A DNA stretch of 64,000 nucleotides. Origin: Terriglobia bacterium (GTDB lineage Bacteria > Acidobacteriota > Polarisedimenticolia > Polarisedimenticolales > JAIQFR01). Below are positions 6,230 to 16,504 of the stretch, piece by piece. The position numbers were made by a program, and so were the translations under genes. Each line of letters begins with the position of its first letter. Positions within the stretch are counted from its first letter, which is position 1. Where the stretch lies: positions 4,073 to 68,072 of the forward strand of contig JAIQFR010000007.1 of assembly GCA_020073205.1 (NCBI GenBank), in the 5' to 3' direction. The notes under the pieces were generated by a model. It was not told where the DNA came from and ran no database searches. It saw nothing but the letters and a program-made list of their open reading frames with translations.

Positions 6230-8689
6230 GTGAGGCTCGCCGCCATCGCGCTCGGGTTCGCCGTCCTGCTGCCTGCGGAGGCGGCGACGGTCCAGGTGCT
6301 GGTGCGGGAGCGCGGCGGGGGACCGATCGCGAACCAGCGCGTCGTCATGCAGGTCCCCACGACCCCCGGCGATGTCACGCGTTGGAATCGGAGGCGGTTC
6401 CTCGCGGGCGTCACCGGAGAGGACGGCAAGGCCACGTTCGAATCGGTGCCGGTGGGGCGCTACGTGGTCCTCGTGCTGACGCTCGGCACGTCGGGGCTCA
6501 TCGATCCGGCTTCGAATCCGCTCGCCCCGCCCCCGCTGCTCACCGTCGCCTCGGAAGACGAGAAGGTGGCGGTGGAGATCGAGGTCTGGAGGGGAAGTCT
6601 TTTCCGCGGCGAAGAGGTAGTGGACCGCGGAGGCGTTCCTCACGCCAGGGTAATCCTGCGAGGCCTGGACGGGCAGCCCACGATGGAGTTCCCCCTCGAT
6701 GTCCTCGGACGGGCCGAGCGGCTCCTCGTGCCGGGCCGATGGGAGGCGGACCTAGTGGTTCCGCCGGGTTATCTGATCGTGGACGTCGTCTGGAACGGTG
6801 AATCGCTGCCGGGCCACACGGTCCGCTTCGACGTCAGGGAGGACCCGCGCCCGCAGATCGTGAGCTGGTACCTGAGCGCGTCGTGCCTCATCACCGGGCG
6901 CATGAGCGAAGCCAGCGGAAGATGTGTCGTCCCGGTGGTCGCGACGCTCGTTGAGCCCGGTCCCTGGATCGCCGCGGCGCTGGCGCGCGGTGGATCCACC
7001 TTCCAGGTGGTTCCCAACCAGGAATGGCCGGACCCCTGCGTGTACCGGCTCTGGCTGCCCGACGGCGAGTGGACCGTGCGCCCCCAGGGAGAGGACCTGC
7101 TCGTCTCGGAGCCCGAATCGGTCGACGTCGCGATGGTCCCCGGAGAGACCCGGAGCCTCGACTTCCTTCTCACGATGAAAGACCGCGACGAGCGCGACGG
7201 ACGCAAGCCGCTCGTCGTTCGAGTCCTGGCGCCGGACGGCCTGCCGCTCGCGGGGGCCGCCGTCGAGGTCTGGCCGCCGGGAGAGAGGAGCCTCTCGGCG
7301 GTCCCCCTCAGGACGGACGTCACCGGGAAATACGGCGGATCCGTCCGTTTCCGCGGGCTGGCGGCGGGGAGCTACAGGGTCGCCGCCGGTCGAGCCGATT
7401 TCCTCGAGGGGACCGCCGAGGCGCCGGACTACGACCCGAAGGCCGAGCACCCACCGGGCGTCGTGGTGACGCTGCGCGAGGGAGCCACGCTGCACGCCCG
7501 CGCGGTCGACGAGGAGGGCCGTCCGATTCGAGAGGTCGAGCTGAGCTACCTCCGACTGGGAGAGCTTCCCCGGACCGCGCTCGCCAACGAGGGGATCGCA
7601 TCGGCAAAGCGCTCCGGCACGGCCCTGTCGGATGCCACGGGGCACCTCGAGATCCCCGGTCTCTACTCGGGGGATTACCGGGTCGAGGCCCGCATGACCG
7701 GCGAGCAGAGCGCCGTCCGCTTCGTCGTTCTCAGGCAGGGGACCGCGAAGCACTCGAAGTCGATCGAGGTCCACCTCACCGAGCCGGCTCGCTCCGACGT
7801 GGACCTTCTCTTGCTGCCCGCTGCGAGTCTCACGGGGAGCCTCGCCTGCTCGGACCGGGGAACGATGCCGGCGACGGTCTCGTTCCGGATCTTCCCGGCG
7901 GGCTCGCCCATCGCGGACCTCTGGCAGAAGAAGGATCTCGAGGCGGGCGCGGTGAGCGCGCCGGACGACCTGGTTCTCGGCGGTGACGGACTGGACCGTT
8001 ACCGCCTGGGGCCCCTCGCCCACGGCGAGTACCTCCTCGCAGCTCGGCCCTCCGGCCAGGATTACTGGAGCTGGGCGTCGAACGGCCTCGTGCCGGAGGG
8101 GGCGGCAACGTACCCGGTCGAGGAGGCCTCGACGCTGGACACCGGGGTCGTCGAGATCGAATGCGGGCCGCTCCTGGCGGTCGTGCCGGAGATCCTGTCC
8201 AAGGAAGCCGTTCCCGATCTCCGCCTCGGCGCCGTGCGCGGCATCCTGCGTCCCGCCGCCGGGGTGAAGGGAATCAAGGACGTGGAGCCGGACGCCGAGA
8301 CGCATGCCGACCGCGCGTTCCTCCGGAGCCTGCCGGAGGGGAAGTTCCGGGCCGCGGTGACCGTGGAGCATCCCTACCTGGTGCCGTCGTCGGTCTCCGC
8401 CCCGGAGCAGAAGGTCGATCTCGCGCGAGGGAGGCTGGCCGAGATCCGAGTGACCTTCGAACGGCTCGGAGGTCTCGTGGACGTGCGAGGCATGGGGAAG
8501 GCCGCGCGCCTGACCGCAGGGGAGGGGAGCCCTTCGGTCCGGCCGCTCACGGACGGGAAGGCGCTCTTCCCCGGCACGCTGCCGGGGGCCTACCGAGTCG
8601 AGATGTGCGCCGATCCCGCGTGCTCCGCCGTGACCGCGACGTGGGAGCGCGTCGAGGTCATGGCGGGCAGAACCACGTTCGTTCATTGA
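6230..8689 (+). CDS. Large secreted protein built from carboxypeptidase-regulatory-like (prealbumin fold) domain repeats
   Basis: RBS AAGGAGG, GTG start. Signal peptide MRLAAIALGFAVLLPAEAAT. Recurrent G.V.D..G.P.AGA.V motifs of CarboxypepD_reg domains. Confidence 0.55.
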   Translation: MRLAAIALGFAVLLPAEAATVQVLVRERGGGPIANQRVVMQVPTTPGDVTRWNRRRFLAGVTGEDGKATFESVPVGRYVVLVLTLGTSGLIDPASNPLAPPPLLTVASEDEKVAVEIEVWRGSLFRGEEVVDRGGVPHARVILRGLDGQPTMEFPLDVLGRAERLLVPGRWEADLVVPPGYLIVDVVWNGESLPGHTVRFDVREDPRPQIVSWYLSASCLITGRMSEASGRCVVPVVATLVEPGPWIAAALARGGSTFQVVPNQEWPDPCVYRLWLPDGEWTVRPQGEDLLVSEPESVDVAMVPGETRSLDFLLTMKDRDERDGRKPLVVRVLAPDGLPLAGAAVEVWPPGERSLSAVPLRTDVTGKYGGSVRFRGLAAGSYRVAAGRADFLEGTAEAPDYDPKAEHPPGVVVTLREGATLHARAVDEEGRPIREVELSYLRLGELPRTALANEGIASAKRSGTALSDATGHLEIPGLYSGDYRVEARMTGEQSAVRFVVLRQGTAKHSKSIEVHLTEPARSDVDLLLLPAASLTGSLACSDRGTMPATVSFRIFPAGSPIADLWQKKDLEAGAVSAPDDLVLGGDGLDRYRLGPLAHGEYLLAARPSGQDYWSWASNGLVPEGAATYPVEEASTLDTGVVEIECGPLLAVVPEILSKEAVPDLRLGAVRGILRPAAGVKGIKDVEPDAETHADRAFLRSLPEGKFRAAVTVEHPYLVPSSVSAPEQKVDLARGRLAEIRVTFERLGGLVDVRGMGKAARLTAGEGSPSVRPLTDGKALFPGTLPGAYRVEMCADPACSAVTATWERVEVMAGRTTFVH

Positions 8690-8781
8690 GAGTCCGGAAG
8701 CGGGCCCGGCGCCTCACGCGTCGAGTGCGCGGGCGGCACCGGGACCCACGGGCCACGAAGCAATCGGGCCAAGAACGCCGC

Positions 8782-9171
8782 CTACATCCTGGAGCAGTCG
8801 CAGCGCAGCTGGCCCTTCGCGACCCGCCCCGAGTGTATCGGGAGATTCTCGGCGGTCCATTCCGCCCAGCCCGCGTTCATCTCCTTGCAGAAGAAACCCT
8901 TCTCTGCCAACTGCAGAGCCGCTCTCGCGCTGGCCTGTCAGGTGTCGCTCCAGCAGTAGGTGACCAGCTCCTGATCTCTCGGACGCTGGGCGGCCAGCGA
9001 GTCGATCTCGTCCAGGGGCGCGGAAAGCGCGCCACGCGAACCGGACCGTGCCGGACGCGGCGAGCCGGCCGGCACGGCCCACCGGCGTCTGACGATTTCG
9101 TCATCGGCGCGACGCGATCGTAACGGCAAGGTCGTCCGCGGGCACTCGGGGCGGGCCGGGCTCAAGGGCAC
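8782..9171 (-). CDS. Rhodanese-like ORF with an in-frame TGA (8938..8940) in the active-site loop; candidate Sec-rhodanese or a pseudogene. Coordinates approximate (+/-1)
   Basis: Reverse-strand frame ...GSRGALSAPLDEIDSLAAQRPRDQELVTYCWSDT-TGA-QASARAALQLAEKGFFCKEMNAGWAEWTAENLPI... resembles rhodanese GHIPGAxNxP...vvvYC, with the [C/U]xxGxR loop and the GG..aW motif. Confidence 0.3.
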
Positions 9172-9193
9172 GTCTCCTGCACGCGATCACGGC

Positions 9194-9859
9194 ATGGACG
9201 AGGCGTTCTGCCCGGTCTGCTGCACGCAGCATGGCAACCCGGTCGACTGCCCGGGCGAGCTGCGAGCGACGGGGCCGGAGCGGCACGGTTGGGCGATGGC
9301 GGTGGATGCGCCGAGGGGCGTCGACCTCTGCGGGGTGATCGTGGCGCCGAGCGAGACGCGGTGGCGGGCGCGGATCGTGACCTACCCCCTCGCGCCGTGG
9401 CGCACCCCAGGGTGCAGCGGCGTGCTGAAGTTCGTGGGCTCCACGGAGGAAGAGGCCCAGGCGAAGGCCCTTGATTTCATTCGGCGCTGGTGCTCGGAGC
9501 GGAACCGCGCACCGCACGACGGCTTCGGCCGCTGGGAGCGACGGGAGGGCGCGATCGCGGGCCGCCCCCCGCCGCGAAGGCGCCGGTCCCATTCGATCCG
9601 CTATCGCGTGGGAGGGATCTCCACCCTCACCACCACCGCGAACCTCTCGCCGGAGGGGATGTTCCTGACCGCGCCGGAGCCGCCGGCGGTGGATACACCC
9701 CTGGAACTCGAGATCGAGATCTTCGGCTGCATCGCGACGCTTCGTGGCGTCGTCGTCTGGAGACGGGATCGGCTGCAGCCGGGCCGGCCGCGCGGGATGG
9801 GCGTGCGCCTGCTGGATCCGCCCCCCGTGTACAAAATGTTCGTGCAAGGGCTGAAGTAG
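9194..9859 (+). CDS. PilZ-domain protein with an N-terminal Cys cluster
   Basis: C-terminal RRRSHSIR (RxxxR) and NLSPEGMF (D/NxSxxG) c-di-GMP-binding motifs, then the PilZ beta-barrel ...ELEIEIFGCIATLRGVVVWRR. Confidence 0.55.
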   Translation: MDEAFCPVCCTQHGNPVDCPGELRATGPERHGWAMAVDAPRGVDLCGVIVAPSETRWRARIVTYPLAPWRTPGCSGVLKFVGSTEEEAQAKALDFIRRWCSERNRAPHDGFGRWERREGAIAGRPPPRRRRSHSIRYRVGGISTLTTTANLSPEGMFLTAPEPPAVDTPLELEIEIFGCIATLRGVVVWRRDRLQPGRPRGMGVRLLDPPPVYKMFVQGLK

Positions 9860-9969
9860 CTCGCCGACGGCGCCGCTCCCGGTGAGAGCTCTCCCGCCCG
9901 CCCGGGATCTCGATTCCACCGCGGATTCGACAGCGGCGGTGATACGCTGCGCGCGAGGAGGAGGGGACC

Positions 9970-10974
9970 ATGAGGACCTCGAGCGCCATCGCTCTCGGAC
10001 TCTGCCTGCTCGCGGTGCTCGGTTGCGCCCGCGGGGACGGGGCGGCCGCGCCTGCGCCCGCGAGCGGCGTCTATCCGGTCGACGAGGCGTTCGTCGACGC
10101 GGGCGGAGTCCTGATCTACACGGTCTCGATGGGCCGAGGCGCGCCGCTCCTGATCCTCCACGGCGGTCCCGGCGCCTCCCACGACTACTTCCTGCCGTAC
10201 CTGCTGCCCCTGGCCCGCCACAACCGGCTGGTGTTCGTCGACGAGCGGGGCTCGGGAAAGTCCGAGAAGCTGGAGGACGTCAAGCAGTACACGGTCGAGG
10301 CGATGGTCGAGGACGTCGAGGCGGTGCGCAAGGCGCTCGGCCTCGGCCGGATCAACCTGCTCGGGCACTCGTTCGGGGGGGTGCTGGCGCAGGCGTACGC
10401 GCTGAAGTACCAGGACAACCTGTCGCGCCTCGTGCTCTGCAGCACGTTCCACACCACGAAGGGGCTCAACGAGATCTTCCGCCGGATGAAGGCGGGCATG
10501 GCGCCGGGGTTGCGCTCGCGCATCGACAGGCTGGAGGCGGAGGGGCTCTACGGGCACGGCAAGGACTACGAGAAGAACCGCTACACCAGCGAGTACATGA
10601 TCGCCGCCTGGGGCGAAGGGTACTTCCCGTACCTCTACCAGAACCGGCCCGATCCCAACTTCGAGCCGACCCAGACGGGCAACAACGCGTGGGACCTGTA
10701 CCGGGAGATGTGGGGCTCTCACGGCGAATTCGTCATCGACGGGAACCTGGTCTCGGTGGAGTACGCCGACCGGCTGGGATCGATCAAGGTGCCGACGCTG
10801 ATCACGGTCGGCGACCACGACGAGTCCGACCCGTCGCTCTCCCGCGACATGCAGGGGAGGATCCCGGGCTCGCGGCTCGTGATCCTGCCGAAGAGCGGGC
10901 ACATGACCTTCGTCGACCAGCCCGCGATGTTCAATCGCGCGGTGGACGAGTTCCTCAACCCTGCCGCGAGGTGA
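9970..10974 (+). CDS. Alpha/beta-hydrolase lipoprotein of the proline-iminopeptidase family
   Basis: Lipobox LAVLGC. HGGPGASHDY...GHSFGG (nucleophile elbow GxSxG)...VGDHDES. Confidence 0.8.
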   Translation: MRTSSAIALGLCLLAVLGCARGDGAAAPAPASGVYPVDEAFVDAGGVLIYTVSMGRGAPLLILHGGPGASHDYFLPYLLPLARHNRLVFVDERGSGKSEKLEDVKQYTVEAMVEDVEAVRKALGLGRINLLGHSFGGVLAQAYALKYQDNLSRLVLCSTFHTTKGLNEIFRRMKAGMAPGLRSRIDRLEAEGLYGHGKDYEKNRYTSEYMIAAWGEGYFPYLYQNRPDPNFEPTQTGNNAWDLYREMWGSHGEFVIDGNLVSVEYADRLGSIKVPTLITVGDHDESDPSLSRDMQGRIPGSRLVILPKSGHMTFVDQPAMFNRAVDEFLNPAAR

Positions 10975-11095
10975 GACGGCCCCGCCGATAGGCTCGTCCG
11001 CCTACGCCCCGAGAGTGGCAGGGGCCCACCCGCCAGCGTAAGCTTTTCGCGGGTCGGCACGGACGGTACAACCCTTTCGAGGAGGAGGATCTCCC

Positions 11096-14000
11096 ATGCG
11101 ATCGTGCACTCCGCGCGGTCTGTTGACGATATCGACGGCAGCCTGTCTTCTCCTGGCTTCGCTCCCCACGGGCGCGGCGGTTCCGACCGGCCGCAAGGGG
11201 GGCGAGTTGAACAAGCGCGCGACCGGCGAGACCGCGGCCTCGGTCGACGCGAGAGAGCCGGCGAGCGGCGCCAGGAGCTACGTGCTCTTCGACGGCTCCA
11301 CGGCCACCCTCGGGGCCGACGGCTTCGGCTCGCGCAGGGACGTCCGCGGCGGCGTCCGGCCCGTGTTCGTAGAGAGACCCCGCGGGCACTCCGCGATGGG
11401 CGGCGGCTGGGGGCCGGACGATCGCTCGATCATCCGGAGACTCTCGATCCCGGATCGCGGCCGCTACGTGCCGGGCGAGGTGATCGTCGTCCTCGAGAGC
11501 GGCGTCGCGAGGTCCCTCGCGGGCACGGCCGGGACCTCGAAGCAGGCTCTCATGACGGGTGATCCGGCGGTCGATGCGACGCTGCGCGACGCGGGGGCCG
11601 TCGGCGCGCGGCCGCTGGCCCCCTCGCTGCTCTCGGGGCCGGTCGGCGGTGGGCGCGCTCGAGCTCTCGCGAGGGGGGACCTCTCCCACGCGTGGGTCGT
11701 CCGGCTGAAGGGGGTCGACGCCAGGGTCGCGGCGCGCCGCCTCCGGGACGCGCCCGGCGTCCTGTACGCCAGCCCGAACTGGACGGTCTCGTCGATGGCG
11801 GGCGAACCGCGACCGATTCCCTCGTGGCTGCCGAGTAGACGCCACGGCACGACTTTGCAGGTGGGGGAACTGCCCTCAGGGGCCTCCGGCTCGGGCTCCT
11901 CCTCCGCGCCGTCCTCCACGCTGCCGACGAACTACGGACTGGCCCTCTCGCTCCAGAGCCACCTCAACGGCAACGGGGTGAACGCCGTCGGGGCGTTCGA
12001 CATCCTGTCCCGCCGTTTCGGCAAGCTTCCCGGCGAGGGCGTGATCGTGACCAACGTCTCGATCGGGGACCTCACCGACCAGTCCATGGCGGACGCGGGG
12101 GATTCGTACGTGCAGTTCTTCGGCCCGACGACCGTGGAGATCGGCGGCCAGCGCTACCTCGACGTCCCGTCGATGCCGCTCATCCCGGCGTGGGGCGCCG
12201 CCCTCGACGGGACGCTCGATCCGCTGGCCACGGTCGAGCAGGTCGACCCGTACTTGAGCGAGGTCCTGCTCGACTTCGCGGTCATGGCGCCGCTTCCCCA
12301 CGACCGGCAGCGTCCGGGCGCCCAAGGCGACGGCGCGACCGACCTGCTCGGCATCGCGCCGGGGGCGCAGTATCGCCTCGTGGTGCCGGACGATCCGACG
12401 ATCGCGAACATTCTCGCCGCCCTCGTCGCCGCGGCCAACCAGGAGCCTCGGCCGGACGTAATCACGGCGAGCCTCGGATTCGGCTTCGACGTCAACGGAT
12501 TCCCGGGCCGTTACCTCGAGGACGACCCGCTGGTGCGGGCCGCGGTCCGGTCCATCGTTCACGACCTCGGCATCGTGGTCTGCATCGCGGCCAACGACGG
12601 CACGCGCCTCTACACTCCGGCGGCCGTCGGTCCCGACGGAGGCAGCGCCCCCACCGACCTCGCCGCCCCGGGCACGACCCCTACGACCGTGGACCAGGTG
12701 GCGTTCTCCACGGCGCCGTCGCGCCTCGACGACAGCGGCGCGATCGACGTGGGCGGGTCGACGCTCGACGACGTGCTCAGCGCTCCCCCCCAGGTGAGCG
12801 GCCCGCTCGCCGCGGTGGGCTCTTTCCCCGAGACGCGGCTGAACGGCGGGACGTTCTTCTCGTCGGGATTCGGCTCTCGGGTCAACCTCGCCGCTCCGAG
12901 CGACAACATCCCGGCGTTCGTGCACTCCTGCAACGGCTCGACCTGCCCCGCGAACGCGGTGATCCCGGTCTTGAACGGCGGAACCTCGGCCTCGACCCCG
13001 ATGGTCGCCGCGGCGGCCGCGGTCGCCATCGAGAGCCTGCGCCTCGCGGGACGGACCGCCACTCCCCAGAGCGTTCGCGATCTCCTGGTGGGCACCGGCC
13101 GCGCCTTGCCCAACCCGCCGCAGGTTGCGACCCCTCTCGCCGTCGGCCGCCAGATCGACGTGACCGCTGCGGTGGAGTCGGCTCTCGGACGCGAGAGCGC
13201 TCCGTCGATCGTCCGGTTGGGGGTGGCGCACCGGCAGGCATTCAGCGACCTGGGGGCCACCTTCGTCGAGGCGACGGACCCGGCGGCCATCGATCTCGAA
13301 GGTCCGCCGGTCGACTTCGCACCACCTTCAGGACAGAACCTCACCGGACCGATCACGATCGCGCCCGACATCGTCGCGAGGGGCGCCGCCCCGAGCGCCA
13401 CGTACGCGCTCACGATCGGCGCGAAGACCTTCACGCGGAGCGATCCGGTCTTCAGGATGCGACCGGCCCAGATCCTCGCCGCGGCGGGTCTCGGCGTCGT
13501 CTCCGCCTCGCCGCGCACCGTGCCCCTCGTCTACGAGATCCGGAGCGGCAGGCAAGTCCTCGCCTCGACGTCCCTCGCGCTCACCTTCGGTCCGAGCGAC
13601 GGCACGTACTCCGAGGCTCTACCGCCCATCGGCCCCAGCGTCGTCTCCCCGGGAAAGCCGTTCAAGGTGAGCTACGACCTGGCCCACGTGCGCCAGGTCG
13701 TCAAGCCGCAGCTCGTCGTATCGTCCATCGATCACTGGAGCCCCGCCGCCGCGCCGCTGTTCCGCAACGAGCGGGTCATCCCGATCAGCGCGAACGACAC
13801 CCAGGTCACGATCCCGGCGGACGCGTTCACGGGCGGGGCGGGGATCTACGGCCTCGGGATCCAGCAGGATTCGGAAGGCGGCGCCTACGGCTGGTTCACG
13901 ACCGTGCGCGTCGGCGGCGCCGCGGGCGAGACCCGGCCTCCCGCGCCCGTGCTGACCGTCGACGGCGGCGCCCCGGGCTACAGCGAGGGGGTCACCCGGG

Positions 14001-15403
14001 CCGCGCCACGCTTCACCGTGCAGTGGGACGCCGGCGCCTTTCCCGGCGCCACCGGGGCCGCGCTCGAGATCTCCGCCCCCGGCCCGACCCTGTACGGCTC
14101 GATCAACAACTTCACGAACCAGAACGGCGACCGCCGCGACGCCAACGGCGTGGACGCCGGCTCGACGCTCTGGTACCCGCTGCCGGGCGCCGCGGGAAGC
14201 GTGACGCTCGACGCCCTGGCGCTCGGCCTTCCGTCGTCGCTCTTCTATACGGCGCGGGTGCTCGCCCTGAAGGGCGGCAAGGTGGTCGGGGCGGCTTCGC
14301 CCGTGTCCGGCCTGTCGTTCGACGACGGCGTCACCCCGGGTGCCGAGACGGTGAACGACTTCGACATCGTGTCCGCCGGGGGCTCGATGGTCGCCACCAC
14401 GGGGTACGACGCGTTCGGGAACCTGCTGGACGGAGCGCTCCTTCCGTACGCCCCTGCGACCGGGGCCTACGGCGCGCCGTTCGCGAGCGACCCGACGGGC
14501 CAGAGCGCCTACTACATGTTCGGGAGCGATCCCACGCTCCACCGCACCGCGACGATCCGCTACGACTGGTACGGCACGCTGCAGGACGTCGAGTCGTACG
14601 ACTCGCTGACCGGCGCGAAGGTCGCGAGCGTGCCGGTGGACAGCGCCGAGGGGTTCGCCATCATCGGCGGGCGGGTCGATGCCGGGCGGCACCGCGCCGC
14701 GCTCCTCGGCTGGAGCGGCACCGACTTCTCGGACAACGTGCTGCCGTTCGACCTCGCCCAGGGGGCGCTCGGCTCGGCGGTTTTCGCCGACAACGGCACC
14801 GACAACCTGGGTTTCTTCACCACGCTCGACGTCGACGCGTCCTCGGGCAGGGCGGTGCTCGTGAACATGCTCTGGGGGGATCTCTGCATGTTCTTCGACG
14901 GCGCCGTCACCTCGGTGGATCTCGACCGGGGTGTCGCCGCGGACGTGGCCCCGGTCGCCAACTGCGTCACCGGCCTCGCGGCGGACCAGCGGGACCGCGT
15001 GGCGTACCTCACGACGGGCCCCATCTTCGCGTTCCCCCGGCTGTTCCCGATCGCGCAGTACCAGACCGTGAAATCGACGACGCTCCGCGCGTCGAACCTC
15101 GCCGATCTCCACGCCCGCTCGCCGCTCTTCCCCGTCGTGGACCCGGTCAACCGTCTCCTGCTCGTCGGCTTCACCGCCGCCGACACGTATCTCGAGGACA
15201 ACAACGCCATGAGCGCGGTGGGAGTGTTCGATTCGAACTCGGGCCACCAGGTCGCCCTGCTGCCGCAGTTCAACTTCCTCTCGGAGGTCTTCGGGGGGAA
15301 TTCCCTCGTGGGAAACGAGCGAGGGATCCAGGTCGACCCGTCCACTCGCACCGCGTGGACGTACGGACCGGGTGGAGTCCAGGTTCAGCAGTTCCGATAT
15401 TGA
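11096..15403 (+). CDS. Very large secreted subtilisin-like (S8) serine peptidase with a long C-terminal extension
   Basis: RBS GAGGAGGAGGA. Signal peptide. I9-like propeptide region. GIAPGAQYRLVV, CIAANDGT (oxyanion Asn region) and NGGTSASTPMVAAAAAV (catalytic Ser motif). Confidence 0.65.
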   Translation: MRSCTPRGLLTISTAACLLLASLPTGAAVPTGRKGGELNKRATGETAASVDAREPASGARSYVLFDGSTATLGADGFGSRRDVRGGVRPVFVERPRGHSAMGGGWGPDDRSIIRRLSIPDRGRYVPGEVIVVLESGVARSLAGTAGTSKQALMTGDPAVDATLRDAGAVGARPLAPSLLSGPVGGGRARALARGDLSHAWVVRLKGVDARVAARRLRDAPGVLYASPNWTVSSMAGEPRPIPSWLPSRRHGTTLQVGELPSGASGSGSSSAPSSTLPTNYGLALSLQSHLNGNGVNAVGAFDILSRRFGKLPGEGVIVTNVSIGDLTDQSMADAGDSYVQFFGPTTVEIGGQRYLDVPSMPLIPAWGAALDGTLDPLATVEQVDPYLSEVLLDFAVMAPLPHDRQRPGAQGDGATDLLGIAPGAQYRLVVPDDPTIANILAALVAAANQEPRPDVITASLGFGFDVNGFPGRYLEDDPLVRAAVRSIVHDLGIVVCIAANDGTRLYTPAAVGPDGGSAPTDLAAPGTTPTTVDQVAFSTAPSRLDDSGAIDVGGSTLDDVLSAPPQVSGPLAAVGSFPETRLNGGTFFSSGFGSRVNLAAPSDNIPAFVHSCNGSTCPANAVIPVLNGGTSASTPMVAAAAAVAIESLRLAGRTATPQSVRDLLVGTGRALPNPPQVATPLAVGRQIDVTAAVESALGRESAPSIVRLGVAHRQAFSDLGATFVEATDPAAIDLEGPPVDFAPPSGQNLTGPITIAPDIVARGAAPSATYALTIGAKTFTRSDPVFRMRPAQILAAAGLGVVSASPRTVPLVYEIRSGRQVLASTSLALTFGPSDGTYSEALPPIGPSVVSPGKPFKVSYDLAHVRQVVKPQLVVSSIDHWSPAAAPLFRNERVIPISANDTQVTIPADAFTGGAGIYGLGIQQDSEGGAYGWFTTVRVGGAAGETRPPAPVLTVDGGAPGYSEGVTRAAPRFTVQWDAGAFPGATGAALEISAPGPTLYGSINNFTNQNGDRRDANGVDAGSTLWYPLPGAAGSVTLDALALGLPSSLFYTARVLALKGGKVVGAASPVSGLSFDDGVTPGAETVNDFDIVSAGGSMVATTGYDAFGNLLDGALLPYAPATGAYGAPFASDPTGQSAYYMFGSDPTLHRTATIRYDWYGTLQDVESYDSLTGAKVASVPVDSAEGFAIIGGRVDAGRHRAALLGWSGTDFSDNVLPFDLAQGALGSAVFADNGTDNLGFFTTLDVDASSGRAVLVNMLWGDLCMFFDGAVTSVDLDRGVAADVAPVANCVTGLAADQRDRVAYLTTGPIFAFPRLFPIAQYQTVKSTTLRASNLADLHARSPLFPVVDPVNRLLLVGFTAADTYLEDNNAMSAVGVFDSNSGHQVALLPQFNFLSEVFGGNSLVGNERGIQVDPSTRTAWTYGPGGVQVQQFRY

Positions 15404-15413
15404 GGCGTCCCGG

Positions 15414-15445
15414 CCCCGCCCGGCGCTTCCGCCGGGCGGGGTTGG
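15414..15445 (+). terminator. Hairpin CCCCGCCCGGC-gcttcc-GCCGGGCGGGG followed by TTGG, 11 nt after the S8 peptidase stop
   Basis: 11-bp perfect stem read from the sequence. Confidence 0.45.
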
Positions 15446-15632
15446 TGCGGCGTCACCACCGCTCCAGGATCGTTCCCGGTCAAAAACCGATACCTTTCTC
15501 CACCCCGTCGGCGTAGATTCCCCGCCACGAACCCCGAGGATCGCTCGATTCGAAGCACCCCGCGAGCCGGGGAAAGGGATGAGAAGCGTCCAGGGGTCCT
15601 TTCGGTGCGATGGCACTATCGGAGATCGCAAC

Positions 15633-16349
15633 ATGCAAGCCTCGCGTACCCTCCGCGCCCCTACACGTCTGCATCTCCACTTCGCGATCGTCGCCCTGCT
15701 TTCGCTGGCGATGATCGCGGGGTGCGGCGGGAGCAGCTCGTCCTCGTCGAACGGCACGAACCCGATTTCGTTTTCCGGCACGTTGACCGGCGGCAGCGGC
15801 GCGACCAGCGGCACGATCGCTCTGGACATCGCGGGCTCCAGCGCAGCGGCGCATTCGACGATGTCCGTGCTGGAAACCTCGGTGGCGGTCACGGGAACCC
15901 TCCACGTCGTCGGCGGCGCCACGATCACGCTGACCGGCACCTTCGTTCTCCCGACCGGGCCTCTCACCGTCTCGGGCGGCGGCTATACGATCACGGGGAG
16001 CATCGCGAACAGCGCGCTCGGTGGGACTTTCACGGGCCCCGACGGGGACGGGACGTTCATCGCGCTCGTGTCGAGCGGCGGCGGGAACGTCACGGTGTAC
16101 TGCGGCACCTTCGACGGAGCCGACAGCGGGACCTGGAACCTCGTGCAAGGCGGCTCGACGCTCGTCGGAAGCTACTCGGGCGCGGGGGGCGGGGCACTGC
16201 TCACCGGATCGCTCACCGGCAGCGCGGTCAGCCTCACCTACGCCGGCGGAACGGCGACCGGGACGCTGAGCGGCACCGGCATGACCGGGACCTGGCAGGC
16301 CGGGAGCGACAACGGCACCTGGCAGGGGAACTCGAGTTCCTGCAATTGA
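15633..16349 (+). CDS. Gly/Thr/Ser-rich lipoprotein
   Basis: Start chosen at MQASRTLRAPTRLHLHFAIVALLSLAMIAGCGG (lipobox). The upstream part of the tracked ORF is low-complexity. Confidence 0.5.
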   Translation: MQASRTLRAPTRLHLHFAIVALLSLAMIAGCGGSSSSSSNGTNPISFSGTLTGGSGATSGTIALDIAGSSAAAHSTMSVLETSVAVTGTLHVVGGATITLTGTFVLPTGPLTVSGGGYTITGSIANSALGGTFTGPDGDGTFIALVSSGGGNVTVYCGTFDGADSGTWNLVQGGSTLVGSYSGAGGGALLTGSLTGSAVSLTYAGGTATGTLSGTGMTGTWQAGSDNGTWQGNSSSCN

Positions 16350-16504
16350 CCCTGGCCGTTGGGCCGTCCCGAGGGCCGCGCGGTTGTGGATCCCCAACAT
16401 CCAGTCGCCGCCGGTCGATTCACGGGGCGGAACGCGCGCGGTACGTTCGTGGCGTCGCCGGGAGGCTCCGCAACGAGCCTCTCGCACTCGAGAGGAGAGA
16501 CGCC

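Noticed and set aside
6752-8686. 644-aa antisense ORF (plus 7024..7986, 7320..7607 and others) overlapping the 819-aa gene
   Set aside because: Arg/Gly/Pro-rich low-complexity translation typical of GC-rich antisense frames. The sense frame has a signal peptide and domain repeats.
11876-15967. Long ORFs 12190..15516 (+, 1108 aa), 13619..15967 (-, 782 aa) and 11876..13231 (-) overlapping the S8 peptidase gene
   Set aside because: Alternative-frame or antisense artefacts of about 72% GC. Compositionally biased (R/G/P/A). Only the 11096..15403 frame shows peptidase motifs.
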